The notes under the pieces were generated by a model that did not search any database, was not told the DNA's origin, and worked only from the letters and a program-made list of their open reading frames with translations. This document shows positions 61,514-64,000 of a stretch of DNA of 64,000 bases, piece by piece. How positions within the stretch are numbered: the stretch's first letter is position 1; each line of letters begins with the position of its first letter. The stretch spans positions 14,446,001-14,510,000 of the forward strand of contig JBHGNT010000014.1 in NCBI GenBank assembly GCA_043228905.1. Direction: 5' to 3'. The stretch is from Azolla caroliniana. Taxonomy: Eukaryota; Plantae; Polypodiophyta. A program made the translations under genes and the position numbers.

Positions 61514-63039
61514 CTCCGAACCATGTTTGTATATTTGGCAATTGGCTGATGAGTCTCAGATCTATTTGATCCTATACGTCGACGACATGCTCATTGCAAG
61601 GAGCAATCAAGTAGATATCGGAAAACTAAAGTAGAGCTTTCACGACAAATTCGCGATTAAGGAACTCGGACAAGCCTGACACATACTGGGCATGCATATA
61701 GAGAGAAATCGAATATTGAAGACCCTCTGGCTCTCCCAGTCTGACTATGACCGAAAGGTGCTAAAATGCTTCAACATGGAAAACCCGAAGCCAATAGTGA
61801 CTCCGCTACCGATGTCGATAAGACTATTGGACAGAGACTGTCCTTCGACCAATAAGGAGAGAGAGCTCAATGGAAAGATACCCTACACATAAGGAAGTAC
61901 CATGTACGCAATGGTGGCGACCCGACCCGACCTTGCCTATGCTGTAGGGGTTGTCAGCCGGTACAAATGGTACAGATGGAAGCATTGGGAGGCCGTCAAA
62001 CACTTCTTCAAGTATCTAAGAGGAACCAAAGATGTACAACTCACTTTCGGATCAGCAAATCCAACAGAAGTCGAAGGCTATACCGACTCCGACATGAGAT
62101 TTATAATCGCTCAATGTAAATATGATGACTATACCTCCTAAATTTCTAAGAAGTATCTCCTAAGAACTCGAATCCACTCTTGGCTTAATTATATTAAAAT
62201 ATGATATTTTTTATCAGCTTCAAGAGAAATACCTTGATAGTAGTTTCTTCAAAAGATATTGAATGAGAGCTGAATCTAGTAAAGATGCCACTAAAATCAC
62301 CATACCATCTTAGTATGATTTTCTTATGAGAAATTTGGCATTTTTCTAATGCATGCATATATTTGGGTTCGATTGGATATTTTCAAATAATCATAACAAC
62401 TAATTGGGTGTAGGCAAAACATCTATCATCAAGTAAAGATTAATAGAGTCTAATGGAACACTTAGCTCTCTTATGATGTTGCCTTGTGATGTTTCTCACA
62501 CTTGACCCAAGGTATGAGGTCCTTACATATAATTAGCTCTCTTGTGGATGATGATATGTGAGATTTCGTCATTAAATGCTACAACGTGTTTAAGCTACCT
62601 ATAGTTTTAATCACTTATCTGCAATCATCTTGTAATTGAATTGTTTGTTTAAGCTCCAATAAAACTTTGATAAGGTTTATGTAGATTCAAAGTTTATGAA
62701 CACTCAATATTTTCACGATGATGAGCTTTCAACCTGTTGATTTAACCTTTTTCTAATTCCTACAAGGTTCCTTCTTCATAATTATACATCTAGTTGCTCA
62801 AAATGTTGATCGTTTCACCTCAGCGTGCACATATTTGTGCTATTCATACAACACTAGGGAGTGTAAGTAGAGCATAACGTCCTTCTCACATAAGGTTGTG
62901 AGGGCGAAGATGGAAAAGGAATTAAGAAGATCATCCTTTTCTTTTCTTGATCGTAGATGTCCATAATGTGATGATGTGAGGGAATTTCCTCGAATATGAG
63001 GGTAAGGCTCTTGGGAGTTTTATAAAGTGACACAATATG

Positions 63040-63380
63040 ACCTAGAAGGAATTGGAACTAAAGGTGAAATTTCTTCTTCAATCTGATTGAGGAGATTTTT
63101 TTTCAAGTAAATTTTAGAATTGTGTTTTATCAAAAGCCATTGGCAACTCGGTATCCTCCTCAACAAAATGGAGTAATAGATAGAACATTAGAATCACACC
63201 ATTATCGAAAATGGTTCAATATATACACAAGGGACCATGATTGTACAATTTTTTCTTTGCGAAGATGTAATTAACAATGCAATCTATATACTTAAACCAA
63301 AGTTTCACAAAAGCTTAAGAGAGAACGACACCTTGGAAGCATATTCAATTACGAAACCTTTAACCACACATTCGCATATG
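63040..63380 (+). mobile_element. Degraded Copia integrase remnant
   Basis: Reads like PQQNGV...NHTIIE(M) at ~63160-63215. Confidence 0.55.
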
Positions 63381-64000
63381 CTATGCACAAATGCTTGACA
63401 AACATAGGACAAAGTTGGATGCGAAGAGGACAACATGCGTCTCGATCGATGGACACAACTTGCGATTTCAAGGCCCACAAAAGCTTTACAATGCGACGAC
63501 CAGTACGAAGTTGGTACTCATTCGACACGCGGGATTCGATGGAGCGCCATGCGAAATACGAATGAAGCAGAACTGTGTATAATGTGATAGTTCTCCATAT
63601 ATGTATAAGATGGGAGTAGAAATAGAATCAAAGCGGCAAACGGGGATTTATGAAGGTAGCTCTCATGTCATGCATTAAATGTGGTAAAGTTAGGGGCACA
63701 TACGAAGTCCCATTCGTATCCTATTGTCAATCGGTTCTCATGATAATGACAAATTACAATATAGATAGATATGAGCTCCCATTTGTATCATATAACCTTA
63801 TAGTGTCTCTCTCCAGGGTGTACTTTTGTGTCAAATATGTACATACATAGTCTTTCTCTTCTTTATGTGTTTTCTGCGGCGCACCGAGAAAATCTTGCAG
63901 TTCCACGTGTAATCATAATAAGCAAAAGACAGAAAAGAAAAAAAAACAAAAAAGACAAAAGTGCTGCTTCCTTCTTCTTCTTTTTTGGGGGTGTTCTTTC

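Larger units (their letters stand above)
50215..62095 (+). mobile_element. Outer, decayed Copia pol (RT) split by the insertion 51090-61513
   Basis: EPSSYKE...W.QAMKSE and [10 protein letters not shown]...YCRSNS| resume after the insertion as |EPCLY...LYVDDML...MYAMVATRPD. TSD CTCCG at 51085-51089 and 61514-61518. Confidence 0.9.

Overview
Repeat-rich land-plant nuclear DNA. The PPR, LINE and LTR families and the intron sizes suggest a fern or other seed-free plant (inference). Host genes: two intronless FANTASTIC FOUR (FAF)-domain genes facing each other (6113-6799 +, 27294-28433 -) and one intact 11-coding-exon GRIK/SnAK (CaMKK-family, SnRK1-activating) kinase on the minus strand (44474 to 33533, 378 aa). 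The rest is mostly transposon material, often with resolvable termini and target-site duplications (TSDs). It includes hAT- and Mutator-type MITEs, a (GA)n-flanked L1-type LINE family interleaved with a two-headed tRNA-derived SINE-like repeat, a solo LTR, and a triple nest (Gypsy inside Copia inside Copia, 50.2-62.1 kb). Most notable observations: (1) a tRNA-like Pol III A/B-box cassette in both LTRs of a tRNA-Trp-primed, 4-bp-TSD Gypsy; (2) a likely Tf1-type self-priming Gypsy; (3) a possible (GA)n-targeting LINE/SINE partnership; (4) a ~950-bp inverted duplication that supplies the whole C-terminal extension of one FAF gene; (5) an LTR-plus-GRIK-intron segment copied behind another element's primer-binding site (PBS). 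All alignments were done by eye, and coordinates of degraded elements are approximate.
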